Both the position numbers and the translations under genes were made by a program. A DNA stretch of 64,000 nucleotides, from assembly GCF_041956535.1 (NCBI RefSeq), contig NW_027192191.1, forward strand, positions 1,127,443 to 1,191,442, given 5' to 3'. Source of the DNA: Calcarisporiella thermophila CBS 279.70. Lineage: Eukaryota; Fungi; Calcarisporiellomycota. The notes beneath the pieces are model-generated. The model was given only the letters and a program-made list of their open reading frames with translations. It did no database searches and had not been told where the DNA came from. Below are positions 48,936 to 63,953 of this stretch, piece by piece. Every line of letters starts with the position of its first letter. Position 1 is the stretch's first letter.

Positions 48936-49539
48936 CGTTCTGTGGTGTTCTTTATCTAATTAGGAGAAAAAGAGACCATAAATATAAATAAAAAATCAAA
49001 GCATAATAAAAATAGCGTAAATAAAAGAGGTCGGTAAAATGTATAGAGCAATTATTTTATGGATATTGCAAAACCCATCTCGAGGGTGACTTTTGGCCAC
49101 CATTTTCAGTGGCTTGTTTACACAACCCATATTATCTAATGAAATTATCCTCATACAAAAATAAGCGTAGTTAAAATTTTTAGCGACTATATTGGATATT
49201 AAATTTATTAGATTAAAAAGCATGTTGAGTATTGTGAGTTCGACGCCGTACAGTTGAACTACTAATAAAGAAACACAATATCATATATTCCCATTCAAAT
49301 TGTAGTAAACAAAAGATACACGCTTTAATTTCCAGAATATTAACTATAAGTGATGCTAAAGGGATAACAAAGACACAAGTATTTGCACTGTTGAAAGAAA
49401 CGAAATGAGTATAAAGGAATATATAATCTACTTCAGAAATGAAAATCGCTCAATAACTTTTTACATGCATTATTATACAAGTTTTCGTCTTCAATGGCTG
49501 GATTTATATCTATAGGCTTCAATAGAATTGAATACTTTC

Positions 49540-50154
49540 TTAAGGGGCCGATACTGGAGTGCAAAATGAGAATGATGGATTCGAAGGTACTGGATTACCT
49601 GCGCGCCGAATAGGGGAGGCTAGTATAGGGTAGGTGAAGAGGGCTTTAGAAATTGGGTACATGAATGTAGTCTCGTTAAAATTATATAAACTTACGGGCC
49701 AGCGGCAAAAGATCCAACGTTGTCAAGAGCTGCCCATTTGGAATGGATATTTCATCTTTCTTTATATCTTCGCTCTTCGCAATTTTCATCTTCCAAGATT
49801 TGTCTGCAGTTGGTTGAGGATATTGAATTTCTACATGTTCCACGAGTCCATTCATCAGATCTTCCTCCTCATCATTTTCAGAAGAGAAAGAGATGCGACT
49901 CATAATTTCCGTAAACTCACGATAGGCATCATGCCAATTATCACTACAAGAATATATAAATTAGTTTTCTTTAAATAAAAATTGATTGTATAGCATCATT
50001 ACGTTTGATTGGGAGAATCGATTTCCTTGGTGGGCTCACTATAGGATTCGGTGCTCTTACGTCGGAATTCCTCCGTCGAATAGCTTTCACGAAAACTGAG
50101 GGTAAGTCTTTTGGGAATAGGTGTGATGATAGGGCTCTCCAATATATTTTGCAT
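49540..50154 (-). CDS. Hypothetical protein (~160 aa, 3 exons) with a C-terminal PIRRAGNPVPSNPSF segment
   Basis: Two GT-AG introns join MQNILESPIITPIPKRLTLSFRES... to ORF 49682-49903 and a last exon LAPSPIRRAGNPVPSNPSFSFCTPVSAP*; last acceptor chosen by eye. Confidence 0.55.
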
Positions 50155-50445
50155 GATTGGAAGAAAGAGGGATTATATGATTATAATATAAAGAATAATA
50201 AGGTGAGTATATACAAGAGAGAGAAAAAAATTATATTATATATGTTTTGTGGAGGAAGGGGGAAAAGTTGTAAATTTAGTTATAAGTTATCAACCCTATT
50301 CTGATTGGAGGTTGTAATTTCAGGAACGTCTTCTTCAAAATTTGAACGCAAAAAAATAGAATATTATTCAAACTATCACTCAGAGCACAAAAAAAATATA
50401 GAAATACCAAAAGAAACAAAATTTGGGCGGTATAGGTGAGAGAGA

Positions 50446-51125
50446 TTAGTAGTTATAATTTTCTTTTGAGAAATTGGGGTCCTGAAGAAATGCAGGCAAT
50501 ATTTTACTGCCGTTTTGCAACAGTGGATGGCCAGCAACTCTGTTATGTGGAAAGCAATATGATTAGTACCTTAAAAGCATGAAGCTGAAAAAGAAAAACC
50601 CCACATTTGTATAAATCTTTCCAGTCCTTCGCGTCGTTGCTCGATGACTTCATCAGCAAAACGATTTGTAAATATTTTGCCGGGGAGAGGTGGTAAATTC
50701 ACACGAGAAACTTCACGCTCCAGTGCATCTCTGAACCATTCAAACTCGCTATATCGTCTACGAACTGAAGAGGACTTAAGTTTAAAGCATGGGATGTTAG
50801 TCTACCAAAGTTTAAAAAAGATTAGATCTGAAATGAATATTATTATTATTTATTTTTTACTTCGCTTACCCGTGTAACTATTTCATAATCCGTGTACATA
50901 TTTCGTCCAAATCCTTTCATTAATGTTAATACTTAAAAACATTTCTTCTCCAAGGTAATAAAATAACTACATACCATGGGTTACTGGGTTCCGCACCTCG
51001 ATCTCTAGGAAATTTTCAGGAGCACCATACATATCTTCTGCTGACTGTTCTTTAAACTCCAGGCGAGAAATTGCACCAAAAGAACGAGGAGAGCGGGACA
51101 GAGAGGATGAGGATGGTTCCGTCAT
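50446..51125 (-). CDS. SNX3: Sorting nexin-3 (PX domain), 4 exons
   Basis: [75 protein letters not shown]. Confidence 0.95.
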
Positions 51126-51279
51126 GATTTAATGGTTTATCGCTGGTATATTCCTTAAGGTCCAGACGCTCATAAATGAGAAATTCTGCGCCTCGTGACG
51201 ATTCGATTTATTGTGACAGCTAAGTCGGAGAAGGAATATTGGGTAGCTACGAGGTAAACAGAATATTTCACTACTTCTT

Positions 51280-53473
51280 ATGTGCATTCTCCGCAATCGC
51301 CTACTTGGACAGTTTGGGAGATTAATTCGCAAAATAAATATGTCAAACGTCCCCACCAGCAGCCTCAATAAGTACATACCAGTTACTGAGGGAAAGGCTA
51401 CAATACTTTTCCCAAAAAGTAATGAGGTATTCTATAACCCTGTCCAACAGTTTAACCGCGATATGTCCATAGCAGCAATCCGGACATGGAACATGATGTT
51501 TACAGAGGAGAGACGGGTACAAGCAGAGAAAAAAAGAATTAAAAAATGTACGTATGTTAATACATGTTATAATTGTCTATAGGTACTAAAAATATCTATA
51601 TATTTAATTTTTAGTGCAACAAAAAAACGAGCAAGAAAAGCAGACTACGGCAGATTCAAATGAAGACGCTTTTGAGCATAGATTTACGATACTTGAGGCA
51701 CTTGCCGCGTCGGGATTACGTTCAATTCGCTATGCTAAGGAAATTCCCAATTTAAAATACATTGTTGCTAATGACCTAGAGCCTGACGCGGTTGAGTCTA
51801 TCAAACGCAACATGGCTCATAATGATATTCAAGAAGATCTTTTAAGACCCAACTTAGGCGATGCATGGTAATAATATTGAGCAGCTTATAAGAAATTGGC
51901 CATAAACATTAAGTTTATTATAGTGATGTGCTATACTCACACCGGCATCCAGGGAAACGCTTCGATGTAATTGACCTTGATCCTTATGGTACAGCATCGC
52001 CTTTTATAGACGGAGCGGTGCAGGCTGTCTCCGATGGTGGTTTACTCTGCGTGACATGCACGGATATGCAAGTACTTGCTGGTGCCGCTTACTCTGAAAC
52101 ATGGTATATCGAAACTAAAAATATAGGGCATTCAAATCATTTTTTAATTCAACTTATTGTTCAAACCAGCTTTTCTAAATACGGCGGATTGCCTCTTAAG
52201 GCCGAGTTTTGTCACGAAATGGTAAATACGGATGGTGATATGTCATATTATCTCAGATAATATAGCTCTTATTGTAGGGTCTTCGCCTTGTACTTAATAT
52301 GCTTCAACAATCTGCTGCAAGATATAAAAGATATATAGTGCCTCTAGTATCATGTAGCATTGATTTTTACGTACGACTTTTTGTCCGGGTTTTTACTTCC
52401 CCTGCTGAAGTCAAGAATTCGGCGAGGTTTGTATAATTTTATGTTAGAGGGTGAATATTTTCTCATAGAGTTTCTTCAATATCTAGCAAAACATCTTTGG
52501 TATATGCTTGCTCTAGTTGCCCTACTTTTGTTACTCAACCTATGGGGAAAGTATCCAAAACAGAAAAAGGGATTAAGTATGGGATTGGTAGTGTACCCAC
52601 AAATGCTGAGTGTGAATTTTGTGGAAGCAAATATCATGTAAGTCTCATCCACCTACTATCTATATTAGAGAGATATGTAATATGACTCTTGGTCTTTTTC
52701 AGGTTGGAGGACCTACTTGGGGGCACCCCATTCACAACAAGGATTTTGTAGCTAAGATGCTCGAGCATGTAAAAGAAAACAAGGAGGCATATCAAACCCA
52801 TACTCGGATGATTGGTATGCTAACTGTAATATCGGAGGAGTTAGAGGACCCCTTATATTATACACTCTCAGATTTATCTGGGACTTTACACTGCAACACT
52901 CCACCTCTTCTTACCCTTTGGTAATATAGATGATGCAGTAAAAATGATACTTAAATAGTTATGACATGGTCTTAATTCTTTTTTAGTTCTGCTATTCTTC
53001 ATGCTGGCTATAAAGTGTCTGCATCCCATGCTTGCGTGGCTTCCATTAAAACGAATGCACCCAATACCGTCATATGGGATATTATGCGCTGCTGGGTAGT
53101 AACTCGATTCAATTCTACGACCGTGTGCTGGATGTTTTAATCGTATTTCCTTATGAATAGGTGAAAGCTCACCCAGTTACTGAGAAAAACATCAAAGCAG
53201 GCTCCCCTGCAGCCAAAATCCTCTCAGTAGAGCCCATTATTGAGGCTAATTTCACGAAACATCCAGAATCTGAGCCAGAGTCTCGCAAGGTGAAACTTGT
53301 TCGTTATCAAGCTAATCCAGAAAAAAATTGGGGACCAAAAGCCAGGCATAAACGAAAGAGGTGCGCTTATTTATAATCTGTCCTAGATATTTAATAATAT
53401 TCAATAGTTAACGCATAACCTATTGGATAGAGAAGAAAATCCCGAAACCGATGAGCCGATTTCAAAGAAATAA
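51280..53473 (+). CDS. TRM1: tRNA (guanine26-N2)-dimethyltransferase
   Basis: [65 protein letters not shown]. Confidence 0.96.
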
Positions 53474-53844
53474 TTTCACCGTGTCAATAAAATTTAAATA
53501 ATATTTAAATTTCTTCTAATATTATTAGAAGAAATGCTGAAATGTAGCACAGCCATTTCCACTATCTAATCGCTTATTTCATTGTTAATAGTAGATAGTT
53601 ACTAATAGTATTGCAAAATTCGGTCATAACACCAGAATATTGGAAAAAAAAATTATGAATATCTAGGAAAAAATTTAAATGTTGGCAATCAAATACTATT
53701 GCTAAACCTATGACTCTTTTATTCTCGTATATATGTATATATACACTTTCAAATAAAATATTTTCTATCATGTTAGAGATTTTTAATAATAGAAATAAAG
53801 AAATTATAAAATTAATAAGAAATAACATAAGCAAAAAATTTCTT

Positions 53845-54707
<863 letters not shown>

Positions 54708-54881
54708 CGCATCCAAAAATATTGAGTATATAGATGTTCTAAAAAAGCTATTAGAGCTTAATGTTATATATTGATAGGAATATATATGTAAAAGCGCTCT
54801 AATTTAATAACAACAATACTAATAAAGAGATAAGAAGAATGAGATGGAGAGAGCTTTCTTTTTACCAACGGCTCTTACAAG

Positions 54882-54902
54882 TTTCGCGTTAGTGTGACGT
54901 AA
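54882..54902 (+). promoter_or_regulatory. E2F/MCB-like (TTTCGCGT) and CRE-like (TGACGTAA) sites in the RAC1/YTA7 divergent promoter
   Basis: TTTCGCGT at 54882-54889 and TGACGTAA at 54895-54902, 70-90 nt upstream of the YTA7 ATG. Confidence 0.4.
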
Positions 54903-54974
54903 CCCATCTGTGCTGAAACACAAATTTCATAATTGCAATTTCAAATAAGATATCAATTATATTAACCGACAAAG

Positions 54975-57900
54975 ATGAAGCAGGGAAAGTATGACAGCGA
55001 GGAAGATGGAGATGATGAGCATGACCTATCACCGCAAGCTACCGATCGATCAAAAAGGCGTCTTCCGCAAGACCCAGCTCATTATGATACACTTCAAAAC
55101 CGTTCACTCTTCTCCTCTGAATATCGCTCACGCCAACTTCGACCGCGTACAACAAGATTAAAATTCACAGAAGACATTACAGATAAAGATTTTGAAGCTA
55201 TGATCCGCGCGTATAATCGAAGTGGTGAGACTCGCCATAGCAAGAGATTGAGAGAATCAGTTGGGGAGAGAAAGCATAATACATCAGAAGACGAAGGGCC
55301 TTTACGCAAGCGGAAAGAGCGATGGAGCAACACCTCTGTGAATGGTCCCTACTCATTACGGAGCAGATCCATGGTCAGGGAATCAGAATCTCACAGTATA
55401 CGAAGTACAATGGGTCACACTTCTAATAATCCTTCCCCCAATAATATGGCTCAGACTGCTCTCTATACCGAAGGGCGCGTTACTCGGAACAGAGCTAGGG
55501 TGTGTCCTGAATTAGCTCCAGATTTCGAATCTAAAATCCTCTCCATTGGGTTATCTCCAGATAAGAGCGACCATGAGGCTGCCCAAAACTTACAAAATAT
55601 AGCTAGGGGTAGATCACATGTAGATGGCCAGGAATTAGACCAAGATCAAAAACATGAGAACAACTCTGATATTGAAGAGGACCAAGGGGATGAAAGCTCC
55701 GGTAACGAAGAAGGTAATCATTAAGTATTTCCACCTTGAGCCTGAGCAATAGCTAAATGCTTCTCGTGCTTAAATGTATAGGACACAATTTAAGACATAA
55801 TCGCTCGAACAACTTCTGGTCGGATGATAAGAATCACGTTAGAGATTCAACACTTCGCAAAAGTGATCGAGATTCGGATGAAGCAACGGGATATCAAGAT
55901 GATGAAGAAGATCAGGGAAAACGTAAATATTATCTTCGCGAGCGACAAGAAGTTAGCTATGTGCTACCGCAGCCTCAGTCACCTACCAATAAATCTCGGA
56001 AAAATAGTCATTCTAAGCTTGGGAACGGGTATCGCTTGAACGGCAAACGACGTGATAATATGCGCCATACTAGTAGTCGCAGTGGATACGCATTTTCCCG
56101 TTTTCAGAATAATAATTTTACTACGGTATACATCTTTGGCACAAAATTTCACACGTGTTTTTACTGATTATGTATATATATTTTATAATTCAGCCATATG
56201 ATAGTGGAGAGGATGTGAATTATGGAAATAATTTCAAGCACGTACTTGGTGGCGACAACGACTCTCGAATATTACCACTTAATCTTCGCGAGCTGCAGGG
56301 TACACGTGAGAGACGTTTACTTCCCGTTAACGTCTCTACGGAAGACCCCTTGGCACCAAATCAGAAAGTTGATTTTACATCTGTTGGAGGGTTAGATCAC
56401 CATATTAAATCTCTCAAAGAAATGGTAATGTTGCCCTTGTTGTATCCAGAGGTTTATTCTCGCTTCCAGATAACTCCACCTCGAGGTGTCCTATTCCATG
56501 GTCCACCTGGAACTGGCAAAACCTTGCTCGCCCGTGCCCTTGCATCTAGCTGCTCAACTGAATCGCAAAAGGTGGCTTTTTTTATGCGTAAAGGAGCAGA
56601 TTGTCTGAGTAAATGGGTGGGAGAAGCAGAGCGTCAATTACGAATTCTTTTTGAGGAAGCGAAGGCGTGGCAACCGAGTATTATTTTTTTTGACGAAATT
56701 GATGGTCTTGCACCTATTCGTTCAAGTAAACACGAACAAGTGCATGCTTCAATTGTCTCGACACTACTTGCTCTAATGGATGGACTTGATAGTCGAGGAC
56801 AGGTGATAGTGATCGGAGCTACTAACCGTATTGATTCGATTGACCCGGCTCTGAGACGACCGGGAAGATTTGATCGTGAATTTTATTTTCCCTTACCCAA
56901 TGAGACTGCACGTCGTAAAATAATCGAGATCGTAACGCGTGGGTGGGATCCACCAGTTCCTGAGACTTTCATAACTCATTTAGCAAAAATCACAAAAGGT
57001 TGTTGTGGTGCAGATATCAAAGCTCTTTGTACAGAGGCAGCTCTCCGTGCAATTCACCGCAGATATCCACAGATTTATGAATCTCCTGAAAAATTGCTAA
57101 TAGATTCGAATGCAATACGTGTTAGACAACACGATTTCCTCGTCTCATCAAAACGTAGTTTTATTCTCTGAACATTCCCTTCGTCATAGCCATTAATATT
57201 CTTATTTGAACTAATAGTGATAGTTCCTGCATCAGCTCGTATAGCCGGAAGCAATTCAATGCCGCTCCCGAAATTTATTGAGCCGTTACTTTTGCCTGCA
57301 CTTCACGAACTTACAAAAAATCTTCAAAGATCACTTCCTAATATCAATGAAAAGGACGAGGAAGATAACATTGCTAGCGATGATGATATGAACAATATTG
57401 ATTGGGATCAAACTAGAAGTATGCATTGTAAGTAATTTTATTTTATACGCATTGACAGCCTGATTTACAAGTGATTTACAGGTCTAAAAGAACTCAGAAC
57501 ATTCAAGCCTCGATTGTTAATATGTGGGAAGCCAGGAATGGGTCAACAGTACATTGGACGTGCGATCATAGACTTTTTGGAAGGATTTTTTGTACAATCA
57601 TTTGACCTGGCATCTCTACTCTCTGATTCTCTGCGGGTTCGGACTCAAAATTTTTTATCGTTTATGCATTATTTTAATACATATAGTACTTATAGACACC
57701 CGAGGCAACCTGTGTGCAGTTATTTATTGAAGTGAAAAGACAAAAGCCTAGTGTTATCTTTATTCCGTGTTTGGAAAAGTGGCGCGAGTCTATTTCAGAC
57801 GCGCTTTTTAATACTTTCACTACACTACTGGAGGATATTCCGCCACACGATCCAATTCTACTTCTGTCGACAAGTAGTTGCACTTTCGAAGAACTACCTG

Positions 57901-59710
57901 AAGATGTACAGTCCTGGTACAAAATTACATCTAATAGTTTTTTCGAACTCAAAGCTCCAGCTGAGGTATTTTTATTCTCTTCTCAAGGAAAAGTATAGTA
58001 GAATTTACCTCTTGCAAATTGTAGTCGCAGCGACGCGTATTCTTTCAACATCTAATTGATGATATTACAAGGGCCCCAAAGGAATTCGAATCCGGATCAA
58101 AGCGAACTTTAAAGGAAGTGAAGGAAGTTCTTCCAAAAGCCCCTCCCCCACCCCCTCGTTTACCAACTGAAGAAGAAAAGAGGTTGTTGCGAGAACACGA
58201 TGAGTATATATTCCGTGAACTTCGTATATCATTACGTACTATTGTCGATGAACTTTTTAAAGAGAAGAAATACAAGGAGTTTTCTCGTCCTGTGGTATGC
58301 ATCCCAATATCCGCATTGTTTTATCTAGAGATGCTCAATAGCTGTTTTACACTTAGGATCCTGAACTAATGCCAGATTATTATAATGTCGTTACTCAGCC
58401 GATGGACTTGCAGACCTTACGAGAAAAAATCAATATGCATGAATATTTGACTGTGGCGGATTTTCTTGAAGATATCGACTTGATGGTTTATAACACTGAG
58501 TTATATTACGACCGATATAGCCCACAGGTCAATCGTATCAAGGACATGCAGGATGTAGCTTATTCAATTGTGGGGCGATTTAATCCTGAGTTGATAAGAG
58601 AATCTGAAAAGAGTGCTGCACGACGACGGTTAGAAAATCAAAAGAGTAATCGTAAGGCAAATGATTATTCAAAGCTAGCCATACGCCGGCAGGCAGTTCC
58701 TCAACAAGTTCGCCCACAGCAACAATGGGAAAGAGATGTATTACCTAAACGAGTTAGTATGCGAGTTCGTGGTATTAGTCCAAGCCCAGTTCGTGAAATT
58801 CAGCCCACTTCACGTGCGAATCGTCGGAAATCTGACAGGGAAGGCGAAGAAGCGAGCAATGATGAAGCATCAGATAAAGTTGTGATTCCGGAAAAGGATC
58901 CAAGAAATGAAATAATGCCTGCTAACGCTAAACACTTTGATAATGCTACGTATATACCCAACATGGAAAGGAGCAAATCTGAGCCCCTCCCTTCTGGAAG
59001 ACCCATAGTAAACGTGAGAAGAGCTTCTTCTCATATATCTCGCGATGTGTCTCCAATTAGTATAACTCTCCCCGCTGACTCAGCCAGCATGTCGACCGAT
59101 AATTACGAACCGGGTAAAAAAATTGAACTGAAAGGAAGCTCTCAGGATAAACAGTCGACTGCGGACGCAGAGGGGGCAGAAAAGAGTAAATTTAAAATGT
59201 TGTTTTGTTAATCTCGTACTAAATTTTTTATTATCAGATGGCGCAAATAATATAGTCGCAGAAGCAAACGAAGAGTTAATGACTGAAGGACCCACAGTTG
59301 ATTCTGATACCCTGCCCCTATCCAATCAAATTGGCGCATCACCTTCTCCTTTCTCACAGCTCCCAGCTCAAACAACTGAAATTGAGGATCAAATGCAAAC
59401 AATGGAATTAGATCAGCAGGAATCTACCCTTCCTACCCCAGTGCTTAGAGTAGAGGAGGAGGAAGTTCAACGTTTTTCTAATTGGATTGTCGCGGAAACA
59501 AAATCATTTAGCATTGATGAACTGGACGAATTACGATCTCTCCTCTATTCAAAATTGTGGGATCACCGAATGGAATGGGACAAGACGGCTCTTCTTGAGG
59601 TTTTTATTTTAATTTTCTATATCTTTTCTGAGAGTATAATCACACACGTTGCCCTGCTTTCTCTATAGGATTTATTTGAAACGACTCGTGAATTTCTGGC
59701 AAAACACTGA
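54975..59710 (+). CDS. YTA7: AAA-ATPase/bromodomain histone chaperone (Yta7/ATAD2)
   Basis: VGGLDHHIKSLKEMVMLPLLYPE, GPPGTGKT, FFMRKGADCLSKWVGEAERQLR, FFDEIDG, LRRPGRFDREFYF; degenerate second AAA; bromodomain PDYYNVVTQPMDL. Confidence 0.96.
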
Positions 59711-59993
59711 AATTCTGTCTAATTCATCACGATGCACCTATCTAGCCAAAATTTACCCGCTTCTTATCATCAATTTGAATATTGCCATTTTTCTTTTGTA
59801 AAATAATTATTTTGCTGGGGGGTCTGCTTTGCTGTAGAACAAATAAATTGTGGATATTTAGACAAGTAGCAGTACTATAGTAATAAAATATATAAACAAT
59901 CATAGAGAATGACAGAAAAGAAATTCCGAAAAGGAAATATAGGTATGTTATTGCAAATTTTATCATAAAATAAAAAATAATAATAATATAAAT

Positions 59994-61262
59994 TTATCTG
60001 CTACTACCTAATCGTCCTTTTTCAGCTTCTATTCGGCTGTAGAGCATGTAGAGAGCCATTTGATTTGACTCTGGTGTGCCTGTGATAGTGACGAGTCGCT
60101 CATTGGTATTGCCCTGTGGCTCTGCGATCTTTATATGTGAGCCCGACATTTGACGAATTTCGTTGATTTTAGACCCTCCTTTGCCAATAATGCATCCAAC
60201 CAGATCATTAGGAATTAGAATCTGCTGTGCTTGTTCACCATGTGGCATCCGTGGGGGTGATTGCATGTAGACAAGCTGAGGAGGGGGAGGATGCGGATAA
60301 TGGCTCCCAAAGTAAGATGGACGGATTTGTGGTGGAATTGGTTGAGCAGGGAAAGGAGGGGGTTGATAACGCTGGACAGGCTGAGGACGATAAGGAATAT
60401 AACCCCCAGTTTGACGTGTAGAAAGCTCTACTAGAATGGTCGCAATTTCCCGGATCGCATTGTGAATTGATTGTGGGTTTCCGGAAATTGTAATTGCACG
60501 CTCCGATGACCCAGGCAGTACATCCTCCGATGCAAGCATACGTGTGCCCGTGCGCTCCTGAATCTCTTTAATTTTTGAACCCGCACGTCCGATGATTTGG
60601 CCCATGCTGTGATGGGGCGCAAGAATGCGTAAGGTGACTTGTGAACTAGAAGGAGAATCTTCTGCTGGATCCTCAGAGAGGATTTTTCGAGCAACATGGC
60701 CAAATGCCTATATTTGCAATCGGAATATATAAATAAAACGGATAAATAGCACTAAAGATTAAATGAAAAACTTTTTAATCACCTCAGCAACACCATCAAT
60801 AGTCCCACTAGTTGTTAAAATCCTCTCTAATGTTCCTTGGACATTCTCGGAAATTGTGACCCGTGCACCAGATCGTTCGCGAATTTCACTTACATTACGT
60901 CCACCTTTTCCAATAATCATACCTGCTTCCTTGGTTGAAACCAATGCACGCATGAATAATACTGGCCCATCTGGTGAACTGCCATCTATATTTTCTCCAA
61001 TTATATCTACATCCTCCCGCGCTTCTTGTTCTCCTCCACCTATTCCATCCTCGGTTTCTCCAAATCCCTCAACTGCTTCTAGGTAACTACTCTCTCCTTT
61101 TATCTCTTGACCTATGTCTTGATCGCTGTCATTTAAAGCTTGTCTCTTAGAATTGCGGCCTTCCCGAGATCCAGGGCTAAGTAGCTGTTCATCATCATCG
61201 TGGTCAGAACGCGATCGCTTTCTTTCTCCTCCAGGAGAACTGCCACCTTCAGAGTCTGACAT
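59994..61262 (-). CDS. Triple-KH RNA-binding protein (hnRNP K / Hek2 / Pbp2 / Rnc1 family), 2 exons
   Basis: Three KH GxxG motifs: AGMIIGKGGRNV, MGQIIGRAGSKIKEI, VGCIIGKGGSKINEIRQMSG. Confidence 0.92.
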
Positions 61263-61979
61263 TATATTTTAAAAATCAAGATTGTGTTATAAATAGTCTG
61301 TGTTTTGTGAGAAACTGTTCTGTAAGTATGGATTAATCGACGGAAAATGGAGAATAAAGAATTGGAAGCGCAATGAAGAGAGGAAGCAAGCGCGATCGGG
61401 GAAACAGAGAAGGCATGGGTAGAACGAGCGTATGGGAAGAGGCAAATATAGAAAAAGTTAATCAGAGTGAATCCAATTAAACAAATATTGGAAGAGACGA
61501 TATGAACCTAATGATCAGTTGTGAGTAAGTATTAGGGGATCTCTCTATGGGCTGATGACAAGTAGGGACAGTAATGAGTTGATCTTGAAAAAAGGAAGTT
61601 TTGTTATTTAACTGCGCCATCTTGATACCAAACAAGCAAGCCATTAAATTGAAACCAGAACAAATGTGCCTATTGGATTTGTGATTTAGGGATGTATGAT
61701 GTAAAAAGTATAATAAATGTTGAATCGGGTGATTTAATCTCACTATCTTGACTAAATTTCGCTCTTCAAAATCAAATTCGTACCTATGCAACAAGCTACA
61801 AAATAGGTCCTTTCAAAATATTCACTTGATAGAATAGAGATTTAAAGTGTGTTCTAACCGTTAAAGTAACAGCTTAAGATATACATTATGCTTCATTGAA
61901 TAAAATAAATGAAAATTTTAGTTTATCTTTAAAACTATAAAAATTTCGAGGAGATCAGCTCTCGAAGTTAAGAGGGGTG

Positions 61980-63953
61980 CTAATGGGACACATAATCTGG
62001 ACTCTCACATGCTTGATATTCATTAATGAGCTCTTGCACAACTTGCCTAATTAGTTACAACCAAAATACTCAGAGCAAATATTTGGATGGCGATAACGAT
62101 AGAAAATAATACCTGGACTCGTCAAACTCCTCTAAACCATCTGCAAAAAGAGATTCCTTTCGATATTGCTCCAAAAAAGCATTGCGCCGCCGCAGGCGAT
62201 CATACTGATCACAGGTTCTTTTGAAAAGCTGAGAGGAATAAATAAGTTATAGAGTTTTAACTGAAAATTAAAAAATGATTATATATATTACTTGGGAGAT
62301 ACTAGTGTGGTTGGCAAGCATTAGCCCGCTAACTCGATGTGATGTTTGGACGTAAGGTGACTTCCGTGTCAAAGCAACTTGGATATTTGCGGGACCCCAA
62401 GGAATAAATTGAGCAAGTCTACGTTCGCGAATACGTAATAAAGATTTATGCACCTAAAACGAATATTTAATGATCTTTTTATAAATTGAGATGAGAAAAA
62501 AAACTCACGTCAGTCGGATCAGCTTCTCCTTGGATAATATTGAGAATTGAGATGTAGCAACTTTTTTTCGTGGGGTTAATTGAAACCATTTTATTTTTGG
62601 GTTGCAACAACCGTCGCATAACATCAAGGACTGTTGTCTTCCTCACGGATTTTGCCTATTTAGAGAACAGATATTAGTTATTTAGGAAGAATTATATCGC
62701 AATTAGACCAAGTTAAAGTGACCTTCTCAACCTGATCTCCTGTAAATGGAGTATAAGATGTCATTAAGTAATGACAGCGTGGTGTCGGAATCAGTGAGGC
62801 GATCATCCCAACAAGGTCATTGTTCATGTAGCCTGGATAGCGTAATGTTGTAGTGCTTGCTGACATTACTGTTGATACCTAAATTCATAGAGGTCACTAA
62901 CCTAAATAAATAATGATTGCCAGTATATTATTTATAGTACATTACCAGCTGATTTGTTTGTGTGAACGTAGGGTTCTGTATGTGAAGCCGATCTGCTGCT
63001 ATTCTATTTAGTGCAGCATTATCTAATACAATCTAATAAGAAAATATATGAAAAAAATTTTATCCTGATAGAGTATAACATTTAAAGAAACTAACCACAC
63101 AGTCGGCATTGGTTGTTAATCGCTTTAAACTTAGTATGCTATTATATGGCTGTACGACTACATCTGATGTTTCCTCGTTATTAGGAAACACTGAATATGT
63201 CTGAATCAATTTCTTGGGATAACGATCATTAAGCCTTTCTAGAAGAAAAGATCCAAGTCCCGATCCGGTTCCTCCGGCTATAGAATGGAGTAACATGAAC
63301 CCCTTTAATTCATATAATTAGTTATAATAATTTGTATGTATTCAAAGCGTAAATATATACCTCAAGTGATTCGCTGCCATCTGCTTCCCTATCAATCATA
63401 TCCAGCACGTCCTCGCATATACGTTCACCCTGAGAGTAGCCAAATGCCCAGTTATTACCGGCACCACCACCATCGGTCGAAAGATATATATTCTCAGGAT
63501 TATAGAGGTTCGAGTAGGGAGATTGAAGTATATTATTGATGACCTGAAAAATATTGAGGATAAGTTATGGATTGAATGACATAGTATGCTGGATACACTT
63601 GCAGTAACTTACTCTGGGTTCAAGATCCAGAAGAATAGCTCGTGGAATGTAATGTTCATCATCAGCCTACAATGGATTCGGAAGGAAAATTAATATATCT
63701 CTAATCTTTGTTTAAATATATTCGATTTAATAATACTTGGTAAAAAAAGACATCTTTTCTATCGCCTCCTTCAGTCGCAAAGTCTTCTAAGGTACCATCC
63801 TTACTGATCCCATGCTCTGCGCATAGCTGCTTCCAAAATTCCATTCCAACTTAAATATTTAACGGTTAGTACATGCTTAAAATGGGGCAGCTGACAATAC
63901 ATACTTTGATTCCCGCATTGTCCTGTTTGTAGTGTTATGATTTCTCGCGGCAT
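61980..63953 (-). CDS. TUB4: Gamma-tubulin, multi-exon
   Basis: [85 protein letters not shown]. Confidence 0.97.
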
